A stretch of DNA of 64,000 bases from Takakia lepidozioides (Eukaryota > Plantae > Bryophyta): NCBI GenBank assembly GCA_030704615.1, contig CM060731.1:52266001-52330000 (forward strand). The letters run 5' to 3'. This document shows positions 23,988 to 37,378 of the stretch, one piece after another. The position numbers and the translations under genes are program-made. The notes beneath the pieces were generated by a model. The model was not told where the DNA came from, searched no databases, and worked only from the letters and a program-made list of their open reading frames with translations. Numbering within the stretch: position 1 is the stretch's first letter; every line of letters starts with the position of its first letter.

Positions 23988-26071
23988 CTACTGGAGGTAT
24001 TAGTTTGGCTTTGCTTCTTGTTACTATCATTGTACTTACTTCTGGTACAACACATGGCCTAACCATGTGAGCTGCCACCACTGGGCCCTCATTCACAGGA
24101 GCTCTCATCTCATTCTGGTATCTAATCCAGAATGAACAGGCTGCCTTGCGATGTCTTGGCTGATTACAATAGTAACACAGTTCTTCACCATTGGGTCCTC
24201 GTCCTTGGTCTGCTCTTGGATTATTTCTGTAATCCTGATTCCCTGGCTGGTAATTCCCCCTTGGATTACCCTGATAGTTGCCTCTAGAATTTCCTTGGTA
24301 ATTCCCTCTTGAATTACCTCTCCCTTCCATGCCATTGTTATAACCACCAGGGCTACCATAGTGGTCCTGATCATTGTTTCTTCTTGGCTGGGGCTGCACT
24401 TGATGCACCCTTACTTGCCTAGGTTCTCTTGCAGCTGTCCTTCTGTTGTAGTAACAATTCTCAGTAGAATGGTTATCCATCTTATAGATGGTACAATGTT
24501 TCTCCTTCATGTCGCATTCAGTGGTGGTATGGCCTTCATTCTGGCACTTTGCACACCAAACACCCTTCCTCCAATGTGTTGCAGCCTCTGTGGCATACTT
24601 CTTCAAGATTTCTTCTAATCTTTTCTCATAGTTATCCCTCTTCAACTTCTCCTTTCTCTTACTCTTCCTTTTCAGTTCTTGCTCTTCTTCTTCATCTGAC
24701 TCATCCTCAGAGTCCTCATCATCCATTTTCTCTCTCCTGAGCATTCCCAATTGCTCAATTCTGTTCGCTGTTTCAAATGCCTCCTCCACTGTATTATGGG
24801 GTAACATATCCACTTTCTTTTGCAACTCTGGTCTTAGTCCACTCACAAACCAAGTCTTCTGTAAACCTGGTGCTGGTACAGCACCCAGCTTTTTCATCAT
24901 CAATTCCATCTTTTCCATATACTCCTCAACAGTTTCATGTTTCTTTTGCTTTAACTGTTGTAAACTTCCATACACTTCATCCTTAGTTTACTTGTCCTGA
25001 ACCTATTTCGGAATGTTGTATTCAAGCCATTCCAGGTTAGGAAATGATTATCAGGGAATCTTGCATACCATTCACTTGCTTTCTTTATAAGTGAACACGG
25101 AAATAGTCTCATCTTGGCATCATCGCCATTCTCATTGTTCACTATACACATGTGCTCAAATTGGCTAATGTATACATCAGGATCCCCTTTTCCTGAATAT
25201 ATTGGAAAAGGTGGTTTTGCCCGTGTTGGTTGTAACGCCATCTATGGCCCTACCTTCTGCCCACTGACAGGTGCTGGCACCCTTGCTGGTGCTGGTCCTT
25301 CTGGACCTGTTGTTTTTGTGGTGGATCTTCCACCAAGTGGTGGCCCTTGAGCACTCCCTGCTTCCGGCCCCACGATATTCACAGTATTCCCAGCTTCAGT
25401 TGCACTACTTCCCACACTCCCTGTCCCCCAGAGCCAGATCCAGGCAGCCCGCCTGATCCCCCTGAGCCGACACCTTCGTTGGCCTGCGATCCAAGTGCTC
25501 CACTTGATCCAGGTCCAACGGGTTGGGATGTCCTGGTTGTAGTCTCAACCTCAGCTATTGGGTCTACTTCTTCATATTCTTCCTCTTCCAATTTCTTCTC
25601 TCTGTTTTCATCCTCCAAGTTCTGCCCTTGGGTTTCTTCTTCACTCATGTAACTCAACTGCAATGGTGTTGGAGAGTCTGAACTCTCCGTTGGCTCTGCC
25701 ACATCCTCTCCTCCTTCTTCACCTTCCGCTTCAGAAACTGGAGTTCCTGCTTTTGGTGTTCCATGCCAACTCTTATCAAAGATTTCTGTCAAATCTTTTA
25801 TCCAGGGATGTACCTCAGATCTTTCACCTCGTGATTGATCTTCTTCTCGTACCAATTCCCTTAATCTTTCTCGCAAAGAAACAGAAGGAGTGTCATTCAA
25901 CTCTAGTTTTTCTGGTATGGGTGATATACTCTTTGATCTTAATGGCGTGAGAGGTCCAGATGATTCCCCTATGTCTATTCCTCTCTCCCAAATATATGGA
26001 TAATTAGCTTTCAGATAGCTTTCTCTTTTTGCTGAATATCTCTGGCGTCTAGCTTCTCTTTCATCACTCAT
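23920..26071 (-). pseudogene. gag: gypsy gag (frameshifted) with three zinc-knuckle-like motifs
   Basis: YSGKGDPDVYISQF...ASEWY...TWNGLNTTFRNRF, LKQKKHETVEEY, FVSGLRPEL, CAKCQNEGHTTTEC, CYYCNQPRHRKAAC. Confidence 0.85.
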
Positions 26072-26092
26072 GTCCCATGTCTTTCATTTCTT

Positions 26093-26650
26093 TTAATGTG
26101 GCAATAACCAAAACTCTCTTTTGTAATATCTCTCGTATATGCCTGGGTTTCTTTCAAGCTTCAATGCACCTTGGGTATACTTGAAGTCTCCGTTACCATA
26201 TAACCATATGGCAAACAAGTCTGAAAAGCTGTTCTTGGTGTGAGTTTGATCCACAAAATATCCCTTGGAATCCAATTCTTTACCAGTACAAGCTCTTCAT
26301 GCATATGAGTATAAACATTCACTTTTCTTTCCTCCCAGCCTTCAAACTCTACTCGCTTAATGGATAGCAATGCTATCACATATACCAATGTTGGTAACCA
26401 ACGTGCTCTTCCTCTACAGGCCGCCTGATAAATCTTTATCACTCCTTTCTCCAGACCCCACTCTGGGTCAGCATCATGCACTCTCTTAAGAATGTTTTCT
26501 TTACAACCGTCCGGCAATTCCAAAAACCTCTGGAAGAATCGTTTGGACAATCTTTCCTTCTCAGTTTCACAAGGAATTTGATTCACATCAAATTCTTTAA
26601 TTCTCAAACCACCATGATCCCACCAGATGCCTGTCACATCTGGTTGTTCA
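26093..26650 (-). pseudogene. extra ORF between PBS and gag (position of Ogre-type ORF1), frameshifted
   Basis: Protein-like frames 26161-26787 and 26093-26275 overlap and lie directly upstream of gag. Confidence 0.45.
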
Positions 26651-26659
26651 TGACCCAGA

Positions 26660-26677
26660 TCCCCAGTATGGTCGCCA
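26660..26677 (-). promoter_or_regulatory. primer-binding site, tRNA-Arg-like
   Basis: TGGCGACCATACTGGGGA, 2 nt after the LTR end; resembles the TGGCGAC...CTGGGGA PBS of Ogre/Tat elements. Confidence 0.7.
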
Positions 26678-26679
26678 AA

Positions 26680-27683
26680 TGTCACGCGGCTTTTACTCAC
26701 CCATCCCTTCGCTATCCGAGGCGGAAACTCCAAGATAGAAGAGTTGGAAATCTCTAAGTACTCAGCCCGCTCAGAACAATCAGTCATGACCTACAGCTAG
26801 TGTATCATGGGGGTGTTTCCTATTTGTTTTCCTTTCCGCATTCATGTTAGCTAGCTACCTTACTATTGATAATTGAGTATCAGTTTGCTCATCAACTCAT
26901 CCATTCATTCCACAGCTTCACTCAGATCTCTCTACACAGTGTGATTGTATCGTATAAGTATCAGATTATGATTTATCAGGTTTCAGGCCGAAGCCATTGT
27001 GTCTCTAATCTCCTCTACAATATCACTACAACTTTGCATATAACAAGCATTTACTAATCATCTCTCCTCCTTCACCGTGCTCTCCATGCTTGCTTCCGTT
27101 CTTGCTCTCCGCCCGATCCCCTCTCATCCATGACCAAGAAGTCCTCCCCCCTGAGTGCTTCCAAGATTCGTCCTCTTCTCAGTCCTTGCTTCTCCCTTTA
27201 TCTTCCTACCCATGGCTCTAACCGTTTCCCTCACTAACCGTCGTCCGTGAACTAACATGTTCCATTTGCAGGTGTTGTTCCCCACAGTCGTTCCCTGTCA
27301 TGCTATCCGTTCCCTATGGTCGTGACAGCTGTGTCAAGCTGTGACTGGCTGTGTGAAACTGTGACGGGCTGTGACTGGCTGTGCGACTGTGTTTGGCTGT
27401 GTCGGGCTGTGACTGGCTGTGATGACTGTGACAGGCTGTGTTGGCTGTGTCGGCTGTGACAACTATGACGGGCTGTGTCGGCTGTGACGGGCTGTGTTGG
27501 CTGTGATGGCTGTGTCGGCTGTGACGACTGTGTTGGCTGTGACGACTGTGACGGGCTGTGTAACCCCCCTCTACAGTGCGCTGTTATCACCCCTAAGGCT
27601 CATGTTGGTCTCAGTCTGTGCAAAAATTAAGGGTACTCCTCAGATCCCGTAAAAATGTCTAAGTCCCTGGCAGTCCTCTAACA
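26680..27683 (-). repeat. 5' LTR of gypsy copy B (~1.0 kb), with CACAGCC minisatellite (~27320-27560)
   Basis: TGTTAGAGGACTG...AAAAGCCGCGTGACA on the minus strand; homologous to 7574-8678. Confidence 0.92.
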
Positions 27684-29679
27684 GCACTTCAAAGACTGTG
27701 GGTGGTACCTCGATCTGCCAAAACAGGACACACCATTCGATGAAGTTGTTTTGAGAAACCTTAACAACAACGCCGCGGCACTTGCCCCACTGGCTGACAA
27801 AGACATTCAGGACAGAATCATTGCTGCTCTGGCTGCAAAAGAGCCTGAGAAATCTGCTACTCCAAAACGGAAGGGGAAGATTCATGGGGATCCGAAGGGG
27901 AAGGGGAAGAGTGCAGCTCCGCAGGAACAGGGCCCGTCAGAGGTCGCTAAAAGACAGTCTTCTCCAACTAGGAGGGATAGGAGAACAGCAAAGTCGAGGG
28001 AGCAGCCTTCCGATGCGAGAGAACATCCGTCCAGGGTTTTGGGCCAGTTCCATCGTGAGGTGGTGAATGAAAGTTTTCTGGCAATGATGGAATCTAGGAA
28101 GTCGACATTCAAAGGGGTGCCCTTGAAATCATGGGACATGCTTGTTTCGTTCCTCACTCAGGTAAGCACATATGTCTTAACTGTTGTGTGAATAATTTTG
28201 TTTTGGCAACTTGTTATGGCTTGTCGATGGGATTGATTTCCTGTTGGATCAAGATTGGGCTTGTGACACTGTCTCCTATTTTTGGCTATAGGTCACAAAA
28301 AGGCCGGATTGGGTGAATGGAGTTCAGCAGGCATACGCGACTGACCTTGTGGTGCCGGACATTCCTGACGGTTTCCATGTCCCTGATGTGTTGCCTTCCA
28401 ATTCAACCCCCACTTGGAACAAATCGGATTCTCGTTACTGGCAGTGGGCCTTCTCATTCAGCAACAAATTCCTTTCTGACTCGGGGGCTCTTCTTCTCAT
28501 GCAGTCAAAGGACATGTCGGCATGGAGAACTCTTTTCAGCTACATTGAAAGCTTCTGGGTTTTGTGTCATCAAAATTTGGACATGCATCAACACTCTGCC
28601 TCTTACGTAGGGCGAGTTCCCGGGGCAAAAAGTGAGTTGGTTCCTTTGAATTAAAGTTTCGTGGTTCTGATGTACATGTCAAAAGTTGGTTTTGTCTTTT
28701 GCCTCATGCTCTCTTCGTGATTATTGACAGACTCGGGTGTTCGAAGGTTTGTGCCTGGTGAGGGTGCGTAAGGACACTCTCCCTCCTGGTATTGATGAGT
28801 TCCAGTTGAGGGACCTTGCAGCTCACATTGACCCCACCTGCGAGCCTGTGGAGGATGATGTAATCTTCAATTACGTGGACTCGGGTCGAACCACGAAAAG
28901 GTCGACTGGTGTCCCTTGGAGAGGTGCACGGGAGAAATCCCCAGCTTTCATGCAGACTTTGTTGGAGACATGCAGCCGTCACGGTGGACGAGTGGTTGAC
29001 CTGTCTATAGAAAACAGGTGGGGCCCTGAACACTATGTTTGAAATGTGGGCAGTGAGCTTAGGGAAGCCCTGTTTTGATTTCTCGTTCATCTTCGATTTG
29101 CAGGAGCATCTTTTCATGCGTGCAAAAGCGCCGGAAGGCACTTCTTCGGCATGGAGGCTGATACGGAACTCTTCTCAAGTGAGCTTCATCAGGTTGAGTC
29201 GGGCACTACTTCTGCCCCATCCACAGAGGGACTTCTTGAGGAGCCCGAAGCGCCTGACGAGGATCTTGACGTGGACTCCGATTTTGAGTGTGAGTAAGTT
29301 CGGCTCTAGTCGTGCAAAATATGTTGCATTTCATTGTGTCATTCCCGTTCGACAGATGGTTGCTTACATTGTCTATTTCTGGATGATAACATCTACCACC
29401 ATTCCTCTTCTTGCTTTCCAGATTTCGGCAGGCGTCATCGAATATGCATACACCTTTCGGTTTCCAAGGATACTACATGTCCCCGAGTCCCCCTAGAGCT
29501 TACCGCTTGCCGGTTTACGCGGAAGCTTGCGCACGGGTGTTGTCCCAACAAACAATGTATTTGCCTCTCCATGGGGGTCGCGGAGAAAAAAAAAACGGCA
29601 AGAAGGGGCTGCTGTGTTCATAGATGATATTGCTGCAGACTCTGGAAGTAGTTCCTCTGAAACCTCCAATAGTTCTTGA
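27684..29679 (+). pseudogene. diverged paralogue of the ParB-MTase gene (3' exons only; 5' part cut off by gypsy B)
   Basis: FLAMMESRKSTFKG, DLVVPDIPDG, YWQWAFSFSNKFLSDSG, GVPWRGAREKSPAFMQTLLE...RVVDLS, GASFHACK...RHFFGMEAD, DSDFECE, SPPR...LPVYAEA. Same intron positions as copy 1, but with frameshifts and a stop. Confidence 0.85.
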
Positions 29680-29969
29680 GGTTCAAGTACCGAGACTTTA
29701 TAAAATGTATTTTGGTTTTGCTTCCATCCCCAAACTGTTTTTCAAGATCTTCGCGCGTTCCCATAAGTACAGTTAGGGAAAAATGTTTGTGGGTTGGAAT
29801 GAACTACTTTGCAAAAAAAGGGGTTTGCTGTTAATATTCAATTCTCTAGCGGGCGATCTCCTCATTCAAAAATCATGTCCTTGATCCTAAATCATCCACA
29901 AACCTACCATTGTTCTCGGTCGGAAAGAATATTCATGTGGGGGCGATGAAAGGGACATAGGCAACAACT

Positions 29970-30083
29970 GATCCGCGGTAATAGGGGGGGGCGGGGGGGG
30001 GGGGGGGGGGGGCACGGAATTAGGACCTACACACGTGGATGATTGCTGACGTGGCGTGAGCCTAGCCAGGCTCAGCATTCCCC
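29970..30083 (-). repeat. terminus of the second ParB-MTase element
   Basis: Minus strand GGGGAATGCTGAGCCTGGCTAGGCTCACGCCACGTCAGC plus subterminal CCGCGGTAATAGG. It lies ~400 bp after the stop codon, as in copy 1. Confidence 0.7.
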
Positions 30084-32200
30084 GTACAAAGATGACGAGT
30101 GGGAGTAATTGATTTGCGAGGCCCACATGAAGGCAGGGGTTAAGGAACCCAATTGTAATAACAAGAAGCCCTTCAAATGCATTTTCTATAATAGGATCTA
30201 TAAAGACAAAAAGAAGTTAAACATTCACAGGATAAATGGATGTGATGCTCGTCAGTACAAGGGTGCCCCTAAACTCAAAATGTACCCTGTTTTGGAGGTG
30301 GCCCAAAGGGCGGTCTATGAGGCTGTTTTCACCAAGCACAGTCTGGCGCCTCGAAAAAACTCCCGTCCGCAAAAGGTAGACGTGGATAAGGGCGATACGG
30401 TTGTGGAGCTGCTTGACAACTGTGATGAGGAATTCGCAGACATGCTACCTTTGAAGCTGCGGAAGAAGGCCTTGCGTCTACAAAAGAATGAGGGTCAGTT
30501 TGTGGCGCCAAGGGAGTGCAACATTGCAGAGCACAAAGTGGTCCAGCCAGATAAACAGACGACACCGGCAGGGGACGGACCCAGGGAATCCAACAATCAC
30601 CATACCGTCCCTCCAAATCCAGAAAATTTGTTTAACAAAAATCAAATTAGGGATCTGAATAAAGACGAGGCCACAGAGGCATTTCAAGCAGTTCATTGAG
30701 ATTGTGGTCTGATGTTGCTCTTCCACCCAAACCCGTTGTTGTTTCATGGCCAGGCCTTAGCTACCTCATGGACTTCAATCTATTGCCTCCTGGGTTCGCT
30801 TTGCCCAACGACCCTGAATTTTACCGCAGACTTGTGGACCTTTCGGGGACCCCTGATTTCGCTGACAGTATGATGGGTGCTGCCTACGGTAGATGGTTTA
30901 TGAAATTCATGGTATGTCCCCTTCTCACCCTCAACAATTTTACTTGCAATCATTTTTTGTCATGCTTATGGATACATGCTTGTGCTGCGACTGATCCCAT
31001 GCATTCATTTCACTGCGTCGGCCTGCATCTTCTGCCCAGATGTTTGGAATGGTGGTGACTTCAATCATACTGGAACCTCCATGCATTCTGCACTTTGAAT
31101 AGGTGTTTTGCACATCACATAATTGGGACTATGTTCATTATATTGTATTACTTGTAATTGGACATGAAGCATTTGGTTTGCATCCATGGCATATTGCTGT
31201 CCGGTGCATGCTTTTTATCTTTCACTGTCATTCATTTTGTTCCGTTCTATGCTAATGTAAGGTCCTTCCCAGCGCATGACTGTGGTCGCAGCATGGTGGA
31301 CCGCCCCCTGAGCTTACGGAGCTTTTGAAGAAGACATTAAATTTGTTTGCCAACTCCCGACCATGCTGGCCGGTACAGTGAATGCGTCGCGGTTGTCGAA
31401 TACAACAAATATAGAGCTGCTCTCAATGATTACGAAGTGAAGGAGGTTGCAGCTCTGGCTGCGTTGGAGGCTCAAAGACGTCAGTATGTGGAGGCTAGCA
31501 TGGCCAAATGGGAGAGGGTAACACATGATGAATTACATGAAGCTAAATGGGGCTGGTCGCCCTTGTTCAGAATTCTGAAGATGGTTGAGTTCCCGGACAT
31601 GCCTAATATTTACAATCATTCGAAACAAGAAGCCCACAGGCTCATGGACCTTCTATCATCATCAACGAACCTGTGGGAGAGCCCCCGTGTGCCCCCTTTC
31701 ATGCAGGTTTTGTGCTTGATTTGGATGTGCCACATTGATGCATCTATTCCCCTGTCCACACCCAGGAACTCGGTGTTGCATGCACTCCTTGAGCAACTTT
31801 TGTACACCAGCGAGGGTAAGATTATGATTAGAAATGTTGCAGCGAATTTCATGTCATTTGGACAGTTACTGTATGGTGGCATGCCCCCCTACGAGGAGGT
31901 CAAGAGGGGGGTGCTCGAAACTGCACATGACCTCGTCGACCGGCAGGAAGAGGACTGGTTGCGTGTATTGGATTCCATGAATGAGTTCATGCACAAAGTC
32001 GGATACAAGGTTGCACAGGTCCTTGCCATTTGTAACCCTACTTCCTTTGATTTCTTTGTGGTGTGGGGTAGGACTGCCAGGGCATGGTGTTGATAAGACC
32101 CTCCAGGATTTCAAAGCTGCCTTGAAGTATCAAGAGGATCTTGACTTGGGTTGGATTGGTCGGGATCCAGGTATGTGAAATGTCCATCCTTTGCACGATA
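30084..32200 (+). pseudogene. decayed unknown spliced gene with a degenerate C2H2-like finger, possibly transposon-derived
   Basis: PFKCIFYNRIYKDKKKLNIHRINGC; ORFs 30109-30699, 30696-31058 and 31347-32093 are broken by stops or frameshifts; donor-like ATG|GTATGT near 30911. Confidence 0.4.
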
Positions 32201-32932
32201 GTCATTGCAATGTGGATGTTTTTACAATGTCTTCTTTGTACGCATAAATATGTGTGCTGTTCTGAAATGGAAGAGGTGCTTAAGTGTACTCCACTTGGAC
32301 TTGTGCAGGCTCTCTTGATTACAATGACTCTGAAGTGAATGAGGCGTTCCAATGTGCGCAAAAATCTGCAGATGTTGTTGCTCCTGCTAGACTTGGGTGC
32401 CACAGAATACGCACTCGTGTAGCGTTGGGGTTGCTTCTCCTTCTCAGATTAGGCAATGGATCGCCCCCCCGCTACCCCACGGGGGATACAAATATCCACG
32501 TGTTGGTGGATGCGGCTGACATTGCCTCCAAGAACGTGGGTAGCCCTCCGCGTGCAGGTGATTTGGTATAGCCTGAAGTGGAAACAGTCGTCCAACTTCA
32601 CAATTCAGATGGCCCCCTTCCTGTTGTGGTGGACAATGTTACAGTTGCACCCACAGCAAAACCTGCCTATGCAGACGATGTGGACGCTGGCGTAAACGTC
32701 CTTGACCCCCATGACAAAGACACTTCTGCAGATGTCTCTGCCAACATTCCTTGCCCCCAACCAGGTCCCATGACTCAACTTGAAATGGACCTTGTTGGCA
32801 GTCAGGTATTTCCCGATTGTGGTGGACTTTTGCCCCCTGTGGCCTCTTGCAATTCAACACATCCTTTTGAGTCCTGCCCTCCTTGGTGTCCAATGTCCCC
32901 TTGATGAGGGTGTATTTGTTTCTAAGCCACAC

Positions 32933-32999
32933 CTTGCGATTGCGGTTGTCCCACCATCGTGAAGGATCTTTAAGAAACTCCTGCCAGCTCTGCTCCATG
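32933..32999 (-). pseudogene. orphan exon encoding the N-terminal half of an OSB-type PDF motif
   Basis: TTTTACAG|C-MEQSWQEFLKDPSRWWDNRNRK|GTGTGG. Confidence 0.7.
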
Positions 33000-33418
33000 C
33001 TGTAAAATCAGAGCCGAGCAGGTAGAGATTGAAACACGGCCTGTTAAGACGAAGCTGACTCTCCCAAGAACGGCGAGCTCCCAGCCGAAACCTAAGCCCT
33101 GTCACGTCATTTGCTTCAAGAGTTCGCAAATTCCAGTTGACTTTTATTTGACTTAATATCATGTACGTTACAAGCTGGGAAATGATCTCAAGTTAGAGGT
33201 TCAGAGGTTACCTGCAGCAGCTAAGCTTGGGAGGTCAACACAAATGTATGACGACTTATACAAGCAAAAAGATGTGCATGGCAGCAGTACAGTTGAAGCT
33301 GGAATGATTCCAGAGATCTTGGAATGTAGATAAGTACTCTACTCTTACTTCGGGAACGATTGTGATGGATTCAATGCACTAGTTATAAAAATTCCCAAGA
33401 GTAAAGGGCGAAATGAAT

Positions 33419-34460
33419 CTTCAGGAAGGTAGCATCTGCAGAGGGCACGCTCTCGAACATGTCTCTACCGACTAGCTTCACTCCTGCGCCCATTACAATG
33501 CACCCATGGTTACCCCAGAATGCCCTACGTAAATTGAACAATATGAGGAGTTTTTTGGTCACATTCGTAGAATCAAGTTATGATTGTGGTCCAAGCTCAG
33601 CTTCTCTCTCCGCCTCTTCATAACTACTCCAATGGTAATCCTACTCTGAATACCCGAAGTTGTTTTCGCAAGTAACCTTCTCAGTGTCGATTCAACAGCA
33701 CCAGTACATCTGATTCCACTTACGACTATATGTATACACGTTGCATCATGGATTGTCCTTTGTTCGAAGTTCGAGCACCCCCTAACTGCAACACCAGAAG
33801 AAGGCCCAGCCTGACTATAGAACATGGTACAGAATTGTTGGACACCAAAGAGGTCCATAGTCTTCCTACTCATGTTGCAAAGCACAACTGGTGGTCGCTG
33901 AATCCAGGGGATCCTTACCGCAACATTTACTGATTGAGCACATTTTTATTTTATTTTTTGCCTCGCAGGGGAAAGGAAGAGATTTAGTCAACATAACTAA
34001 GAACGCTCCGAGGAGGAAGACAACAAATTGAGCACATTTCACATCTTCAAATCAGTGAACTTGAAAACCCAAGGGAATACGCGTATGCGACGGAGATACC
34101 AGGTAAGTGAGGAGCCAGCTCCACAACATGGGGTTGGTCGAAGCTGATGGCTTGAATGCTCGGATACTTTTTCACCAACATTTCCATGCACGCTCCCACA
34201 CCTCCTCCAACGTCTACAATGCTTCCAAGTCCCTTGAACCCACTGTATGTGTTGAGAATATCCTGCATCGATGTGAGAGAAAGCGCCGTCATTGACCCAT
34301 GAAACACTTTTCCATAATGTTGGTCAGCCGCATCCTCCATCCACTCGTAGAAGGATGTGCCATGAACTTTGGGGAAAGCACTTTCTCCCACACATACCCT
34401 AGCGTTTCTAGGGTTGATTGCTTCAGATACGAAGGTTGCTCCAACTGCGGGCCTCCCATG
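33419..34460 (-). pseudogene. caffeic-acid-type (class II) O-methyltransferase fragment
   Basis: IVDVGGGVG...FDQPHVV...PG| (exon ends 34100). Next exon GVKLVGRDMFESVPSADATFLK (33419-33483) has a donor mutated to AT. N-terminus and last exons not seen. Confidence 0.8.
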
Positions 34461-34609
34461 CATGTTTGCCCTCACTCCCGCTCGCTCGCTCTAAGTCCTA
34501 GCCCTCTCTCTCTCTCCCTCCCGCTTGCTCTAAGACTGTTCACGCTACCGTGATGGGCAACTTTTTAAGTTTTTTAACCTTTTTGTAAACCCTAAAAGCC
34601 CCTTTTTGA

Positions 34610-34815
34610 TTTTTTTTCTTTTTTTTTTTCTTAAAGGAAACCACAGGGCCTTGAGGAGGGGGAAAAATTCACCCGCCTTCATTTATGGGCCATAAGACCT
34701 ACATGACGATCAACTCCCAGACATACCGTCACGAACAATCCTACACATGGGATAAGGGCAGCGGGGTTGAACCCCAAACCACCAGGGCGACACACTGTGC
34801 CACTTACCAGCCGAT
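34610..34815 (-). mobile_element. possible tRNA-derived SINE
   Basis: B-box-like GGTTCAACCCC near the 5' end, ~200 bp length and an A-rich tail (T-run at 34610-34630 on +); A-box weak. Confidence 0.35.
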
Positions 34816-35169
34816 GTGTTTTTTTTTAATCTTTTTGCACTTTGTTTTTTTTTAATTCATTCTAGTGGTGAGAGTCTCCGTTTTTTCAAAATATAAATAC
34901 TCGTATATTATATATATAACCAGAAAAGCATGTGTCGACACGTGGAGTCATCTAATGATTCATCCATGTGATGATCTGGTAGAATGCATTAAAGTGAGAG
35001 TCATGAAGTCATATGTTTGTCTAACAATATGTACACGTGTCATTCCAGTGTAGCCATGACCGTGACTGGTAGTCATATCTGCCATGCCAATATTTGTGGT
35101 CAAACATGTTTGACCTGTGTTGCATAGAGTCCGGAGCCATGCAGTCGCATATACGCCTTCCTCTGAGAA

Positions 35170-35801
35170 TAATTCTTTTTGAAAAGACATATGTTGTGAC
35201 GCACCAGAGTCAACGTACCAGCTCCCTGATTTTGAAGCTTCTGGACCTGAAACAAAAGCATTCTCAACTGTATGTGCTTGCCCATTCTCTGCGGACCTCT
35301 TTGGATGCGGGCATTCTCGTACCCAATGGCCAGGCTCATGGCAATTGTTACTATACCTCTCTGCTTGAACTTTTTCTGCGATTGTTGTTTTTTCTGTCCA
35401 TATGACTATTGTTTGGGTTTCCGTTTCAGCTTCTGTACATAAAAAGCTTTTTCATCTGAAGATGTCCTTTCTGCCTTCATCTTCATCTCCAACTCCTCAT
35501 GCATCAACCTCCCACTTACAAGTTCCAACATCAGAGCATTTGTCCTAGTCTCTAGAGCAGTAATGAGGTTGTGATAGTTCTCTGGCAAGCTTAACAACAA
35601 AATCATTACTAACATGCCATCACTCACTGACTCTCCTACTGCATCTAGCTGTAGTGACAATTCTCTAAGCTCATTGATGTGACTTGTCATGGTGTCTCCT
35701 GACTGCATCTGTATGTTCATAAGCTGTCTTAGAAGGTATAGTTTGTTTGCTAATATCTTCTGCTCATATTGAGCCTCCAACTTGATTCTAGCTTCACTCA
35801 C
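35170..35801 (-). pseudogene. Ty1/copia gag-protease fragment
   Basis: KLYLLRQLMNIQMQSGDTMTSHINEL...LLLSLPENY; protease-like WYVDSGASQHMS near 35190-35220. Confidence 0.85.
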
Positions 35802-35960
35802 AAAATGATCAATATCCTCTTTATCCTGGGAACTGAAATTTGAGAAATATGGGTGATTGTCTCAAATTATCCGGCCTGAATGTTCTATGCTCATGCCTGC
35901 ATGCAAATACCACTAAAGATAAATATTCAGCAGCTCCCAATTGCCTAAGTCTTATGTATA

Positions 35961-36069
35961 GGGTAAGGCCCGAGGACGGGGGCCTTCTTGAAATAAGGGG
36001 CCCGCCACGAGGTGGTAGCCGAGTGCGGCCCCGAGTTTCAGTAAAGCCCCCCGTCCGAGGGCCTTACCC
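35961..36069. repeat. GC-rich ~22-bp inverted repeat (hairpin or MITE-like)
   Basis: GGGTAAGGCCCGAGGACGGGGG ... CCCCCCGTCCGAGGGCCTTACCC. Confidence 0.6.
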
Positions 36070-37378
36070 GGCGTAAAGACACAACCAAGGATTTCTTTTA
36101 TCATCGACGGCTGGGATCATCTAAAGTGGACGGCTCACAAGAGCAGGAACCTTACGCGATGTAAGGTACCTTCCTCTAGAGGAGAGGAGGAACCTTACGC
36201 GGCGTACGGTGCCATGCTCACCTGGCATGAAAATTCCTTCGTGTAAGGTGCCATCCTCTCTAACTAAAAAATCCTGGCTGGGTCTTTACGAAGGACTGCT
36301 AGTGTAGGTTTCCAAACATTTATCTCTCTCACTAAAAAAATAAGCATAAAACTTCCCTGAACTTGTTTCCAGTTTGTGCACAAAAACAAGGTGTCGCAGT
36401 CAAACTATCTACATGATTGAATGAAAAGATTGAAGCGCAACAGAAGTCTCAGGAGATGCCAATGTAAGGGTGTCGATTGTGGACTTCTTTGCCGAAACTG
36501 GATGTAGTTGATTGTGGGAATTGTCAAGGAAAACACAGGCCTGAATCGCCAGCAAGTTTGGGGACACCCAACAACACCCAAAGTGTTACATGTCTATACT
36601 AACCTTTCTTCGTTTTTCCTGAAGGCTGGGCGGGTGTCATAGGCATGCCATGCTAAGTGGACGCCTTTATCAGCTACGCAATCTGTGCTCTCATTAGTGA
36701 TGTACGGGGTAAAAGATTGGGCCTCGGGTGTGGGCTTCTCCATGGCGACCAGGCGTTGTTAAGCATCTTTCCAACGTTTGTCCAGCAAACTGTAATTTCT
36801 AATGTACCTACAAGGAGAAATTTACTGGGTCTGAGCCCACTGAGGTGCAACGAGGCATGGCCTTGCTTACAATCCGATATATGGAGATGATGCTTCATTC
36901 TCTGTACATTCCTTAGCTCTCTGGTCCAAAGTCGCAATATAAGATTTCATTAATCCATATAAGAGTGGTCTCAAAAATTTCGCTTACAAAGGTCATGCGA
37001 GAAAAGTTGGGGGAAAGTTAATTAATTAATACAAGGAGCTTTTAGGACTTCCCCTCTATTGTGAAGAGGGTATGTTCCAAATTTTCCCTCCTTAGAGGCC
37101 CCTGACAAATGGAAAATAACAAAACCCTTAAAAGAACCCCTTTGGCACGTTTATCAGAGGGAAACTTGGAGGGAAAGTGCAACATTCCAACTAATAATCC
37201 CTTGCTATGAAAAACTGGAGGGAAAGTTGAAGGGGGAAACTGGAAGAGGAAACGATGAGTAGGGGGAAAATGTCCCAATCCCCTTTGCTTATCAAGGATT
37301 TTTTTTTGTTTTTTGGGTTAACAGGGGGATCGCAGCCCTGGTTAACTTTATTATAAGACGTCCAGGGAAGTTCCCCAC

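Larger units (their letters stand above)
20489..27683 (-). mobile_element. Ty3/gypsy copy B (same family as A), 3'-truncated inside integrase
   Basis: 5' LTR, PBS, extra 5' ORF, gag, PR, RT, RH and INT. The pol protein is nearly identical to copy A and stops at PFQLV, where the element terminus begins. Confidence 0.95.

Noticed and set aside
1-27683. Copies A and B as two halves of a single rearranged element
   Set aside because: Both contain the same RT-RH-INT segment and their LTRs differ noticeably, so they are independent insertions.
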